A stretch of 32,000 nucleotides of DNA from Halomicronema hongdechloris C2206 (GTDB lineage: Bacteria; Cyanobacteriota; Cyanobacteriia; Phormidesmidales; Phormidesmidaceae), in contig NZ_CP021983.2 in NCBI RefSeq assembly GCF_002075285.3, positions 4,020,001-4,052,000 on the forward strand. The letters run 5' to 3'. The position numbers and the translations under genes are program-made. Of this stretch, positions 18,675-28,063 are shown in pieces. Below the pieces are notes generated by a model. It searched no databases, was not told the origin of the DNA, and worked only from the letters and a program-made list of their open reading frames with translations. Position 1 is the first letter of the stretch. Every line of letters begins with the position of its first letter.

Positions 18675-18886
18675 AGTCTTGACGTTACGTAGGTAACTAT
18701 TCTTATTCGACCTGATCATATCGCAAAGGCTGATCATCTTTACAGTGATAGGCGCTGCAATCTAATGCTGAGAACGATGGCAATGCCCTGGCAATCTGAT
18801 GTCAAGACTCACACTAGTACTCTGCGGCAGAAATAACGCCTCTATTGACTAGAGCGGAAAGGCTGAATTCATCAGGATCTCCCTTT

Positions 18887-18921
18887 CTGCCTTCTGCCTT
18901 CTGCCTTCTGCCTTCTGCCTT
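18887..18921. repeat. tandem heptamer array (CTGCCTT) x5, same unit as 7286-7376
   Basis: Read directly from the sequence: five perfect units. They are followed by GGCAGG, which can pair back onto the last unit. Confidence 0.95.
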
Positions 18922-19293
18922 GGCAGGCTAGATCAATCGGTTTGCCTTGATAAGCCTACGGATCTGACCGGGATAAGATGTGAGCACCGAGATTCTGCAG
19001 AGAAGGAGCCATGGGTCTCTATTAGCTGACCGAGTCAGGACTGATCGGCAGCATTGCTTCAGTCGTTGTCACCCTAGCTGCGAAGGCAGGTGGCGCCAGG
19101 CTAGGGAATAGCCTCCATCAGTGCGGCCCGAAGCAGTCTCGCTAATGGTATTTATGTTGCATACTGCATACAGCTTGGACTGATGTAGTAACGTATCTGG
19201 GACACCCCGGGAAACCTGACATGTAGGTTAGCTGAGAAATCCTTGATATGATACGCCTGATATTGGTGTGGTGTGGTATTTGAGGAGTATAAG

Positions 19294-20781
19294 ATGCCGA
19301 ATGCTGTCGATTTTAGCGGCAGACCTTTCCATTTCATCGGTATCGGTGGGATTGGTATGTCTGCCTTGGCCTACATCCTGACCAAGCGGCAGATCCCGGT
19401 CTCTGGATCCGATCTGAAGTTGAGCCATATTACCCAGCGTTTGCAAGAAGCAGGGGCCCATATTTTTTGGAAGCAAGAAGCAGTCAACTTAAGTTTCTTC
19501 CAGAATCAAGTCGCCTCGGTTGCTGCCTCTGGCGCGCCAACGATTGGGATGGATGGGGGTCGACAGCTTCCTCAGGTCGTTTGTTCTACGGCCATCAACG
19601 AGTCAAATCCTGAGTATCGGGCGGCTATCGAATTAGGGTGTCCTATTTTGCACCGCTCTGATGTATTAGCCGCGTTAATTGATGACGCCGCTGCCATTGC
19701 CGTGGCGGGTACCCATGGGAAAACGACTACCAGTAGCATGATTGGCCAAATGCTACTGCAAGCAGATCTAGATCCTACGATTGTAGTTGGAGGCGAAGTA
19801 ACTGCTTGGGAAGGGAACGCTCGCTTGGGAAGCAGTGATTATTTGGTGGCAGAAGCCGACGAATCGGATGGCTCCTTAGTTAAGTTGGCGGCCATGGTGG
19901 GGGTGGTTACGAATATTGAGTTAGATCACACCGACCACTATCAAAACCTAGACGAGGTGATCCATATTTTCCAGACCTTTGAGCGGCAGTGCCGGGTTCT
20001 AGTGGGCTGTATCGACTGTGTTACCGTGCGGCAAGCTCTCACCCCTGTCGTCACCTATAGTCTGCATCCAGAGTCAGGGGCCGATTATGTGGCTGATTCC
20101 ATTTGTTATGGCGCTACCGGAACATCGGCTCTAATCCTGGAACGGGGACAGCCCCTAGGTAAATTGTCTTTACAGGTGCTAGGCCAGCACAATCTCAGTA
20201 ATGCCTTGGCTGCAATTGCGGTGGGTCGTCATCTAGGCTTACCGTTCACAGCCATTGCAACAGGGCTATCTAACTTTCGAGGAGCTCGCCGTCGTTTTGA
20301 ACATCGCGGCGTCTACCACAACATTCGCTTTATCGACGATTATGCCCACCACCCCAGTGAAATTCGAGCCACATTGGCGGCGGCTCGGTTGCAATCAAGT
20401 GATGTGGCCACGGGCAAGGAACACCGAGTTATTGCTGTGTTTCAGCCCCATCGCTATAGCCGTATAGCGGCTTTTTTGCCTGAGTTCTCTCAGGCATTTG
20501 CCGATGCTGATCGAGTTATTGTGACTGACATCTATAGCGCTGGAGAAGTCAATCAGTGTGGTCTTTCTGGTAAAGATGTGGCTGAGACCATTGCCATCCA
20601 CCATGACCAGGTTGATTACCAAGCTACGCTGGCAGAGGTTCAACAGAGGCTGACATCGCTCTTAGAACCGGGGGATCTGGTCATATTTCTGGGAGCCGGT
20701 AATCTAAATCAAATTATTCCCAGTGTCATGGCATTTTATGCGGATATTGAGGCGGAGTACCTGCATAAGGCCTGTAGCTAG
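19294..20781 (+). CDS. murC: UDP-N-acetylmuramate--L-alanine ligase
   Basis: The ORF carries FHFIGIGGIGMSALA, GTHGKTTTSSM and DDYAHHPSEI. The ATG at 19294 is preceded by GAGGAG; the track ORF starts at an upstream GTG at 19273. Confidence 0.9.
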   Translation: MPNAVDFSGRPFHFIGIGGIGMSALAYILTKRQIPVSGSDLKLSHITQRLQEAGAHIFWKQEAVNLSFFQNQVASVAASGAPTIGMDGGRQLPQVVCSTAINESNPEYRAAIELGCPILHRSDVLAALIDDAAAIAVAGTHGKTTTSSMIGQMLLQADLDPTIVVGGEVTAWEGNARLGSSDYLVAEADESDGSLVKLAAMVGVVTNIELDHTDHYQNLDEVIHIFQTFERQCRVLVGCIDCVTVRQALTPVVTYSLHPESGADYVADSICYGATGTSALILERGQPLGKLSLQVLGQHNLSNALAAIAVGRHLGLPFTAIATGLSNFRGARRRFEHRGVYHNIRFIDDYAHHPSEIRATLAAARLQSSDVATGKEHRVIAVFQPHRYSRIAAFLPEFSQAFADADRVIVTDIYSAGEVNQCGLSGKDVAETIAIHHDQVDYQATLAEVQQRLTSLLEPGDLVIFLGAGNLNQIIPSVMAFYADIEAEYLHKACS

Positions 20782-20827
20782 GCCTCTGTTGTGATGGCGA
20801 TGATCAGGTGCCATGGCTTAGTAAACT

Positions 20828-21754
20828 ATGACTTCTGTGATTAATACCTCTAGCGTTTTGCCTAGGATTGACTGCCCGATCCATGCCCATTCGCCCCTTG
20901 GCCCGTTCACGACGTTTCGCGTAGGAGGAGCGGCGGACTGGTTAGCGATACCTCGTACAGAAGCCCAGCTGCTGAATAGCCTACAATGGGCTCATTCTCT
21001 GGAGTTGCCGACACGCTTGCTAGGCGCTGGGTCGAATCTACTCATCAGTGATCAAGGACTGTCGGGATTGGTCATTGTCACTCGTCATCTACGACAGGTG
21101 ACCTTTGATGACGACACAGGGCAGGTGACGGCCATGGCAGGCGAACCCCTACCGACTCTGGCCTGGAAGGCTGCCAAGCGAGGGTGGCGTGGACTAGAGT
21201 GGGCGGCGGGCATCCCCGGCACTGTAGGGGGTGCTGTGGTGATGAATGCAGGGGCTCATGGAGCTTCAATGGCAGATATCCTAGTGCGAGTCGATGTGCT
21301 TAACTCAGATGCGACAACAGGAGCCATGATGCCGGTGGACTTGCAGTTCCGCTACCGAACATCGGTGTTACAACACCGGTCTAAACCGGTGGTTCGGGCA
21401 GTGTTTCAGCTGGAGCCAGGCTACGATCCTAAGCAGGTCACCGCCGATACCCTCCGGGATCTGAAGCATCGTCGGGCTACGCAACCCTATCATCTGCCCA
21501 GCTGTGGCAGTGTATTTCGCAATCCGTTGCCCTATACGGCTGGTTGGATTATTGAACAGACAGGGCTGAAGGGATATAGAATTGGCGCTGCCCAGGTCTC
21601 TGAACTACATGCCAATTTCATCCTCAACCAGGGCGGAGCAACGGCAACCGACATTTTCCGTTTGATTAGCCATATCCAGGGGAAAGTGCTGGAGCAATGG
21701 TCGCTGCAGCTGGAAACTGAGGTAAAAATCTTGGGGCCATTTCCCGCCATTTAA
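20828..21754 (+). CDS. murB: UDP-N-acetylenolpyruvoylglucosamine reductase
   Basis: This is a 308-aa ORF. It carries TTFRVGGAADW, LGAGSNLLISD, AGIPGTVGGAVVMNAGAHG and CGSVFRNP. It lies 46 nt downstream of murC. Confidence 0.9.
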   Translation: MTSVINTSSVLPRIDCPIHAHSPLGPFTTFRVGGAADWLAIPRTEAQLLNSLQWAHSLELPTRLLGAGSNLLISDQGLSGLVIVTRHLRQVTFDDDTGQVTAMAGEPLPTLAWKAAKRGWRGLEWAAGIPGTVGGAVVMNAGAHGASMADILVRVDVLNSDATTGAMMPVDLQFRYRTSVLQHRSKPVVRAVFQLEPGYDPKQVTADTLRDLKHRRATQPYHLPSCGSVFRNPLPYTAGWIIEQTGLKGYRIGAAQVSELHANFILNQGGATATDIFRLISHIQGKVLEQWSLQLETEVKILGPFPAI

Positions 21755-21829
21755 GTAGGCGTCCCTTGGGCGTTAGAATTCAGAAGGTTTCTCGTTTAGT
21801 GTACTGACGTTATCTAATTACCTCTTACC

Positions 21830-22180
21830 ATGACGAAAGGGCAAGGATTTGGTTTTGGCTTAGGCGGCAAGATGAAGGAGCTGACTGAGGCCTTCAAAAA
21901 AGCTCAGCAAATTCAGGAAGGTGCAAAGCAGCTTCAGGAAGAACTGGAGCAGATGGAAATTGAAGGACAGGCGGGGGATGGCCTAGTTAAGGTAGTCCTG
22001 AGCGGAAATCAAGAGCCACGGCGGGTCATTATTGCGCCCAATGCCCTTCAAGAAGACGCTGACATGTTGTCGGATCTGGTGACGGCAGCGATGCGGGATG
22101 CCTATGAAAAATCGACGACGACCATGCGGGAGCGCATGGAGCAGCTGACAGGTGGTCTGAATCTGCCAGGGGGCTTGTAA
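21830..22180 (+). CDS. ybaB: YbaB/EbfC family nucleoid-associated protein
   Basis: This is a 116-aa ORF containing [48 protein letters not shown]...[14 protein letters not shown], the typical YbaB layout. Confidence 0.85.
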   Translation: MTKGQGFGFGLGGKMKELTEAFKKAQQIQEGAKQLQEELEQMEIEGQAGDGLVKVVLSGNQEPRRVIIAPNALQEDADMLSDLVTAAMRDAYEKSTTTMRERMEQLTGGLNLPGGL

Positions 22181-22189
22181 GACTAAGCC

Positions 22190-22690
22190 ATGCCAGTGCG
22201 TCTATTGTTCGTTTGCCTGGGCAATATCTGCCGCTCGCCCTCGGCAGAAAATCTAATGAACCGCCTACTGCGGGAACGGCAGCTAACAAACCAGGTTATC
22301 TGTGACTCGGCAGGGACATCGGCCTATCACTTGGGCAGTCCTCCGGATTCACGGATGGCAGCAGCAGCAGCGCAGCGAGGGCTGCAACTGTTGGGGCGAG
22401 CGCGACAGATAGTCCCGAAGGATTTGCAGCGATTTGACTGGATTTTGGCTATGGATCGCCAGAACTATGAGGATATCTTGACGCTGGATCTCTCTGGGCA
22501 GTACTGGTACAAAGTGAAGTTAATGTGTGATTTCTGCCGTCGCCATGGGGAACAAGAGGTCCCTGATCCATACTACGGGGAAGTCGATGGCTTTCACGAT
22601 GTCTTAGAGCTGCTTGAAGATGCCTGTGGGGGATTGCTGGAGGTTGTGGTGAGAGAATCGGAATCAGTATCTGCAATGCCCCCCTCCTAA
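22190..22690 (+). CDS. low-molecular-weight protein-tyrosine phosphatase
   Basis: The P-loop LFVCLGNICRSPSAE (CX5R-S) is at the N-terminus and the DP general-acid motif (VPDPYYG) is near the C-terminus. The gene starts 9 nt after the ybaB stop. Confidence 0.85.
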   Translation: MPVRLLFVCLGNICRSPSAENLMNRLLRERQLTNQVICDSAGTSAYHLGSPPDSRMAAAAAQRGLQLLGRARQIVPKDLQRFDWILAMDRQNYEDILTLDLSGQYWYKVKLMCDFCRRHGEQEVPDPYYGEVDGFHDVLELLEDACGGLLEVVVRESESVSAMPPS

Positions 22691-22921
22691 GGGGGTTAAG
22701 CTCGAGGCGAAAGCTGGTGGCCCCAAGTCAAGTCTGAGACCTCCTTAGCTAGGCCGATACGGTGCTATCCAGATAGTGCCGGGCAGTATGGGGCGCCAAT
22801 ATGTCGGGCTAGGGAGCCACCTAGGGCACAACTGCCGCGGGTCTGATGGCGGTTGCTAGGCCCGATGCATCTCGTGGTAGATGAGTGTGAGCAGAACCTG
22901 TGGTGTGAGTAGGGAATAGAC

Positions 22922-24607
22922 ATGCGGCAGGCGATGGGGCGACGATTCGCTGGCAGGGTTCGTTGGCGCAATTGGCTCTGGCGGGGCTTGGGCTGTCTGG
23001 TGCCCATGGTCTTTGGCTTAGGGACTCCGGTGGCAGCGGCTGAGCGCGTCATTATTACCTATGGCATCTTAGAGCGCTCTGTACAGGTTCAGGATTTAGA
23101 ACACTTTGCCGAGACTGGGGAACTGAGCCGCCAACTGCAGCAATATGCCAAGTTATTAGGGCTGGATGATGAGCAGTTGCAGCAGATTCGTCAGGTGTTG
23201 ACGGAGTCGGCAGAATTTGGCCCGGTGCCGGTGGCCCAATTTCTCTATACTCCCCAGGGTAAATATTTGCTAAAGCAGGTTGGTCAAGTTGTTCAGACGG
23301 CAGCTCGGCAGCCTGGATTTTCGGCCATTCGCGGCGGATTGATTCTGGCGGCGGCAGATCAACAACGGGGGCTCACAGCGTTGAGTTTCTTGCATCATTT
23401 CCCGACGGAGGCGGTGCGAATTGATCTGCTGCGGGGCCTGGCAATTACCGGTAACTTGAATGAGACTATTCAACAGGCCCGATCTGCGATCGCATTGGTG
23501 CGTCGCCTAGCTCGGCAAGCGGCTGGAGATCCTAGCAACAATGGGACCACCCCGGACTCAACGGAGCAGTTAATTGCGCTGTTTAGCCCAGCCCAACCTT
23601 ATGGCTGGCGGCGTCAGTCCTTCGATACCCTGTCGTTGCCAGTAGATCTGTATTTACCTACGGCCAGGCGCCTAGGAGAGACTTCCCTAACCAACTTACC
23701 GGTGTTGGTGATTTCCCACGGCCTGGGCAACGATCGCAATAGTTTCGCCTACCTGGCGGAGCATCTCGCCGCCTACGGCTTTGCGGTGATCACCCTAGAG
23801 CACACAGGTAGCAACGCCAATCAAATTTTCTCGCTGCTGGAGGGACGCACTGGCGGCATTGTCGAGGATGAGGAATTTCTGCAGCGTCCCCAGGATGTCT
23901 CCCGGGTGCTGGATCAGCTGCAACAGCTGGCCCGCAATGATCCTCAACTGCGGGGACGCCTCGATTTCGATCGGGTGGGTGTCATCGGTCAATCCTTTGG
24001 CGGTTACACGGCCTTGGCCTTAGCCGGAGCCGGCCTGAATTACAGCGCCCAAGCCGTTGGCTGCCAAGATCCATTCCTATCGTTTAATTTGTCCTTATTG
24101 CTGCAGTGTCAGGCTCAGCCCTTGGCAGTGGCGAATCATTTAGCCGATGACCGGGTGCGGGCCGTGTTCGTGATGAACCCGATTGGAAGCTCTCTCTTCG
24201 GTCCTGAGGGCTATGGCCAGATTAGGGTGCCAACCATGATCGTCGCCTCCGAGGTGGATACGGTGGCCCCTGCCTTGCCGGAGCAGATTCGGCCCTTCAC
24301 TTGGCTGACGACATCCCGTCGTTATCTGCTATTGATGGATAGCGGTACCCATTTTTCGGTGATTGCTCCGGTAGATGGGGCCAATGAACCGGTACCGATT
24401 CCAGCGCCTGTGATCGGACCCAATCCAGCTTTGGCTCGGGCCTATATGGAAGTGATGACAGCTGCCTTCTTTCAAGCCCATTTGCAAGGGGATGAGGCGG
24501 CACGGCAACGACTACAACCGGCGTTTGCCCAACAGCTAGGGCGGCAACCCCTATCTCTGAGTTTGTTGACTTCCTTAACAGAACAGCAACTGCATCAGGC
24601 CCTATAA
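22922..24607 (+). CDS. secreted alpha/beta hydrolase with N-terminal DUF1400-like domain
   Basis: This is a 561-aa ORF with a signal-like N-terminus (...VFGLGTPVAAAE). The sequence RVIITYGILERSVQVQDLEHFAETGELS resembles DUF1400. The nucleophile elbow is GQSFGG, with HGLGNDR upstream. Confidence 0.7.
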   Translation: MRQAMGRRFAGRVRWRNWLWRGLGCLVPMVFGLGTPVAAAERVIITYGILERSVQVQDLEHFAETGELSRQLQQYAKLLGLDDEQLQQIRQVLTESAEFGPVPVAQFLYTPQGKYLLKQVGQVVQTAARQPGFSAIRGGLILAAADQQRGLTALSFLHHFPTEAVRIDLLRGLAITGNLNETIQQARSAIALVRRLARQAAGDPSNNGTTPDSTEQLIALFSPAQPYGWRRQSFDTLSLPVDLYLPTARRLGETSLTNLPVLVISHGLGNDRNSFAYLAEHLAAYGFAVITLEHTGSNANQIFSLLEGRTGGIVEDEEFLQRPQDVSRVLDQLQQLARNDPQLRGRLDFDRVGVIGQSFGGYTALALAGAGLNYSAQAVGCQDPFLSFNLSLLLQCQAQPLAVANHLADDRVRAVFVMNPIGSSLFGPEGYGQIRVPTMIVASEVDTVAPALPEQIRPFTWLTTSRRYLLLMDSGTHFSVIAPVDGANEPVPIPAPVIGPNPALARAYMEVMTAAFFQAHLQGDEAARQRLQPAFAQQLGRQPLSLSLLTSLTEQQLHQAL

Positions 24608-24639
24608 CGGTCTCTCAGCATCGCGGCTAGGTGACCCGA

Positions 24640-24653
24640 TCTCGGCGCCGAGA
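24640..24653. terminator. 14-bp perfect palindrome TCTCGGCGCCGAGA (possible terminator/operator)
   Basis: Read directly from the sequence, 33 nt after the hydrolase stop. There is no following T-tract, so the function is uncertain. Confidence 0.2.
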
Positions 24654-24722
24654 CAGGGCCAGACACAGAGACAATCGTGCTGCACCTATGGTTGCCATGG
24701 GTTGGAGAGCCAGGAAGTGAAT

Positions 24723-25652
24723 ATGACGACAGCAGGATTTCTCAATCTGAATAAGCCGTCGGGGTGGACCTCCCACGACTGTGTTGGCCGACTGCGACGG
24801 TTACTGCGGACCAAGAAAGTCGGCCATGGAGGGACGCTAGATCCAGCGGCAACGGGGGTATTGCCCATTGCTGTCGGTCGGGCGACTCAGCTTTTGCGGT
24901 TTCTGGCAACCGATAAGGCTTATCATGCGGTGATCCGATTTGGCCTGACGACGACCACCGATGACCTGCAGGGCACACTTGTGGAGCAGTGCTCGGCCAC
25001 AGATGTCACCTTAGAGCAAGTGACGTCGATCTTGCCTCGGTTTTTGGGCTCAATTGCGCAGGTGCCGCCCCGCTATAGTGCCATTCAAGTGCACGGACAA
25101 CGGCTCTATGAGTTGGCTCGCCAGGGAAAACCTGTGGAGATACCCACCCGCCAGGTCACGGTGCATTCCATTGAAGTCCTGGATTGGCAGCCGGGGGAGG
25201 CGCCTGAGTTGACCCTTGCGATCGCATGTGGACCCGGCACCTACATTCGCGCCCTGGCTCGAGATCTGGGGCAAGTGTTAGGATCAGGAGCTACCCTATC
25301 AGCCCTGACGCGAACCCGCAGTAATGGCTTTCATCTAGACGATAGTCTCACCCTAGACCAAGTGGAACGGCAGCTGGCAGAGAACCGACTCTCGCTGATC
25401 GCACCAGCGGCAATGTTGACTCACCTACCCGCCATTACCCTAACCGGTGATGCTGCCCGCCGCTTTTGCCACGGACAAAAATTATCCCTCGAGCAGGCAC
25501 CAGTCGCCGCAGGAAGACCTTTACGGGTGCTCAATCAAACCAATGAGCTGCTGGGTATTGCCCAGATACGATCCCAGACCAGCGGATACCAACTGAAGCC
25601 AGAGCGGGTCATGGTCGCGCCACCCCAGGGAGCATCGGTACACCAGCCATAA
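24723..25652 (+). CDS. truB: tRNA pseudouridine(55) synthase
   Basis: The ORF carries GFLNLNKPSGWTSHD, KVGHGGTLDPAATGVLPIAVGRAT and PPRYSAIQVHGQRLYELAR. The ATG is at 24723; the track ORF starts at an upstream TTG at 24702. Confidence 0.9.
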   Translation: MTTAGFLNLNKPSGWTSHDCVGRLRRLLRTKKVGHGGTLDPAATGVLPIAVGRATQLLRFLATDKAYHAVIRFGLTTTTDDLQGTLVEQCSATDVTLEQVTSILPRFLGSIAQVPPRYSAIQVHGQRLYELARQGKPVEIPTRQVTVHSIEVLDWQPGEAPELTLAIACGPGTYIRALARDLGQVLGSGATLSALTRTRSNGFHLDDSLTLDQVERQLAENRLSLIAPAAMLTHLPAITLTGDAARRFCHGQKLSLEQAPVAAGRPLRVLNQTNELLGIAQIRSQTSGYQLKPERVMVAPPQGASVHQP

Positions 25653-25765
25653 GATAGCCCCTGAGCCTGTGGTCGATCCCTCCATCTAGCGCTACGTTAA
25701 GAGTATAGGGAGACGCTAGATGTCGGCGCCGCATACCCTATGTAGATGCGTTCAAATCGCCCACC

Positions 25766-26230
25766 ATGACTACTGATGCGGATAAACAGACCAACCTTCC
25801 CGCAGAGTCGTCTTCTGATGACTCAATCACGCCCGTCACCGACGAAACCCGAGCCATGGTAGAGCGTCAGATGCCCCATGAATCTGACGAAGTCAAGCAG
25901 AAATTTGGCGAACTGATTGATGCCATCAAGAAACAGGCCACCACAGAAATGGAATCGGCCGGTGAACTCAGCCGAGAGACCTATGTCGAAGCCGTTGAAC
26001 GGGCTAAGACGACACTGCAGCGAGCCCAAGACTTCTTTCAAGAACAGGAGGCGGCCCTAGAAAAAACAGCTCGGGACATGCAAGACGAAGCCACCCAAAC
26101 CTGGGAGACGTTCGTGGCCAATCTGACCTCCATGGGCAATCGGCTCGATCGGGCCATTAATGCCGCCTGGAGCATCCTGACAGAACCAGAAGATACTCAG
26201 AAAGATGAAGACCCTCCGGCTCAAACCTAG
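25766..26230 (+). CDS. acidic helical hypothetical protein
   Basis: This is a 154-aa ATG ORF rich in E/D/Q/A/T, with a predicted long helical (phasin/YtxH-like) character. I do not recognise a family. Confidence 0.5.
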   Translation: MTTDADKQTNLPAESSSDDSITPVTDETRAMVERQMPHESDEVKQKFGELIDAIKKQATTEMESAGELSRETYVEAVERAKTTLQRAQDFFQEQEAALEKTARDMQDEATQTWETFVANLTSMGNRLDRAINAAWSILTEPEDTQKDEDPPAQT

Positions 26231-26526
26231 GTGCTCACAAACCTGGCACTCTGGTATAACTCTGGGGGCGTGTCTTGAGCGACAAGCTGCTCCAGCAGTG
26301 GATCAACTTGCCTGGTCCGAATCTGTGCTGCCTGAGAATACGTCCGAGTCATAGCAGAAAGCCCTCAAGTTCCTCAAACGAAGCAGGGGAATATTGCTTG
26401 ATCAACTCCTGAAACCTTTGGAAATCTTGGGTTTCACAGCTATAGCGCAAGGTTCCCCGCTCAATGCCTCCCTTGTACTGCCAATGCAGAAAACCTTTGG
26501 TAAGAGTATAGGTAAACTCTTTAATC

Positions 26527-28000
26527 GGGCGTATCCAGGGGTTAGGGGAGCCTCAAAAGAAAAATGGGTAAGGGACAATAGCCCCTGTACCCAAACCAAA
26601 AGATGTCATGAGTCTATCGTCTACCCTAAGCCAGTGGCTAGAGCGTTGTGAGTGCCAAGAGCAGTTCACGGTGTTGCAATCGGCGGGAAGTCTGCCGCAC
26701 ATGGTCTATGCAGCGTTGCAATTGGGGTTAATGCTGGCGCGGAAAGCGAACTGTCGGTCCGAGCCACAAGGCCAGCCCCCTGGCCCTTGTGGCCGACGTG
26801 TGGACACCGGCTCCAGTCCAAAGGCTGGCAGCCTCCTCGCCAGATATAGACATTGGTCGGTTCGATTACCTGAAAGCGCCGGGTCGGTCGCTGCCCAACT
26901 GGGTGCCGAGGCAGCTTGTCGGTGCCATTAGATGAAGCCTTGGGCATCGCCCCCTACCAGCAGCATAGCGAGGAAGTGATCCGCCTGGGGTGTCTCTTCA
27001 GCCTGGTGATGCCCTACGAGTTAGCCAGTTGGATGCTGAGTCAGTGGAGCGGGCTATCGGTGAGTGCCGCCAGTTTATGGAATTGGGTGCAGCAGCGAGG
27101 GCAGCAGGTGCAGGCGGAATTAATGGAGCAGTTGCAAGCGCAGGCGTCTGGGGCTGAGGTCTCCCCTGACCCCTTGGAGGCGACCCTGGCGACTCTGCCG
27201 CTTGCCATTGGGGCGGACGGGGTGATGGTTCCATTTCGCCCAACTCCGAAAACCGCCAAAGGCAAAATCCAATGGCGCGAGGTCAAGGTGGGGATTTTAG
27301 CCCGCTTAGGGACTCGCCTGACTCAGGCTGGCGTGGCGGTCCCAAAACTCCTGCACCACAGACTGGTGGCGGTGTTGGGAGATATCGACCAGTTCATCCC
27401 TCACCTGCAGTTGGAAGCCCAGCGCCAAGCCTTCGAGGCCGCCCCTCAAGTGATTTGGCTCAGTGATGGCGGACGGGGGTTTTGGCGAGTGTATCAGACG
27501 TGCTTTTCCCACTGCGCTATTGCCGTTCTCGATTTCTTTCATGCTGCCGGTCAACTCGCCCGAGCCACCCAGGCACTGTTTGGGGAAAAGCGTTCCGCCC
27601 AGGCCCGAGCCTGGTTTCGGCGCTGGCGGTATCTGTTGCGCCATGGACGCACTCGAGACGTCCTACGGGCGTTGACCGCACTGCTCAATTCTAAGCTCTT
27701 CTGCGGGACCGCTTTGGACACCCTGGTCCAGGTGCAAGCTTACTTTCAGCGCCATTATCGGCATATGCAATACCAACAGTTTGCCCGCCAGCAGATTCCC
27801 CTCGGCTCAGGCATGGTCGAAAGTGCCTGCAAGTGGTTGATTCAACAACGGTTCAAGGGGGTGGGGATGCGATGGAGTGAGGATGGCTTTAACCATCTTC
27901 TGCTGTTGCGACTGGCTTGGGTCAATCAGCGCTTTGAGAGCTTGTTCCCCCATGTTCCGGATCCGCCGACAAGCTACTCCCCCGACCGCTAAATACGCCC
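26527..28000 (+). mobile_element. ISKra4-like insertion sequence, decayed copy (boundaries tentative)
   Basis: The candidate terminal inverted repeats are GGGCGTATCCAGGGG (26527-26541) and the reverse complement of CCGCTAAATACGCCC (27986-28000), which is GGGCGTATTTAGCGG. They match at 12/15 positions, with the first 8 perfect. They bracket the transposase reading frames. I saw no target duplication. Confidence 0.4.
26608..27992 (+). pseudogene. ISKra4-family DDE transposase, pseudogene (one frameshift plus two in-frame stops)
   Basis: The N-terminus (MSLSSTLSQWLERCECQEQF...LGLMLARK) is in one frame. The zinc-ribbon part (WPLWPTCGHRLQSKGWQPPRQI*TLVGSIT*KRRVGRCPTGCRGSLSVPLDEALGI) is in another frame and is interrupted by TAG (26848-26850) and TGA (26872-26874). 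The 358-aa ORF 26916..27992 carries the catalytic part (WLSDGGRGFW; PLGSGMVESACKWLIQQRFKGVGMRWSEDGFNHLLLLRLAWVN). The family assignment is from memory. Confidence 0.65.
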
Positions 28001-28063
28001 TTTCCGTCCTCAATGTTAAGTTCGTCAGCGGTATCAAATGCTACTCAAACGCCGATTACTAAA

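Noticed and set aside
18634-18700. A search of the gap2 leader for an NtcA-type GTA-N8-TAC site.
   Set aside because: No GTA-N8-TAC match is present. Only the CGTTACG direct repeats are there, and those are reported separately.
25745-25765. A T-loop-like GTTCAAATC followed by CCACCA, which suggested a tRNA 3' end.
   Set aside because: The flanking bases do not form a 5-bp T-stem (ATGCG against CGCCC). No acceptor, D or anticodon arms can be built from the upstream 70 nt.
26848-26874. Whether the in-frame TAG/TGA codons in the ISKra4-like gene, and the TAG at 31660 in the IS4-like gene, are recoding signals (pyrrolysine/selenocysteine or read-through).
   Set aside because: The same genes also carry frameshifts and a lost Cys. 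No SECIS-like or PYLIS-like context is evident, and cyanobacteria are not known to use Pyl. Ordinary pseudogenisation is far more likely.
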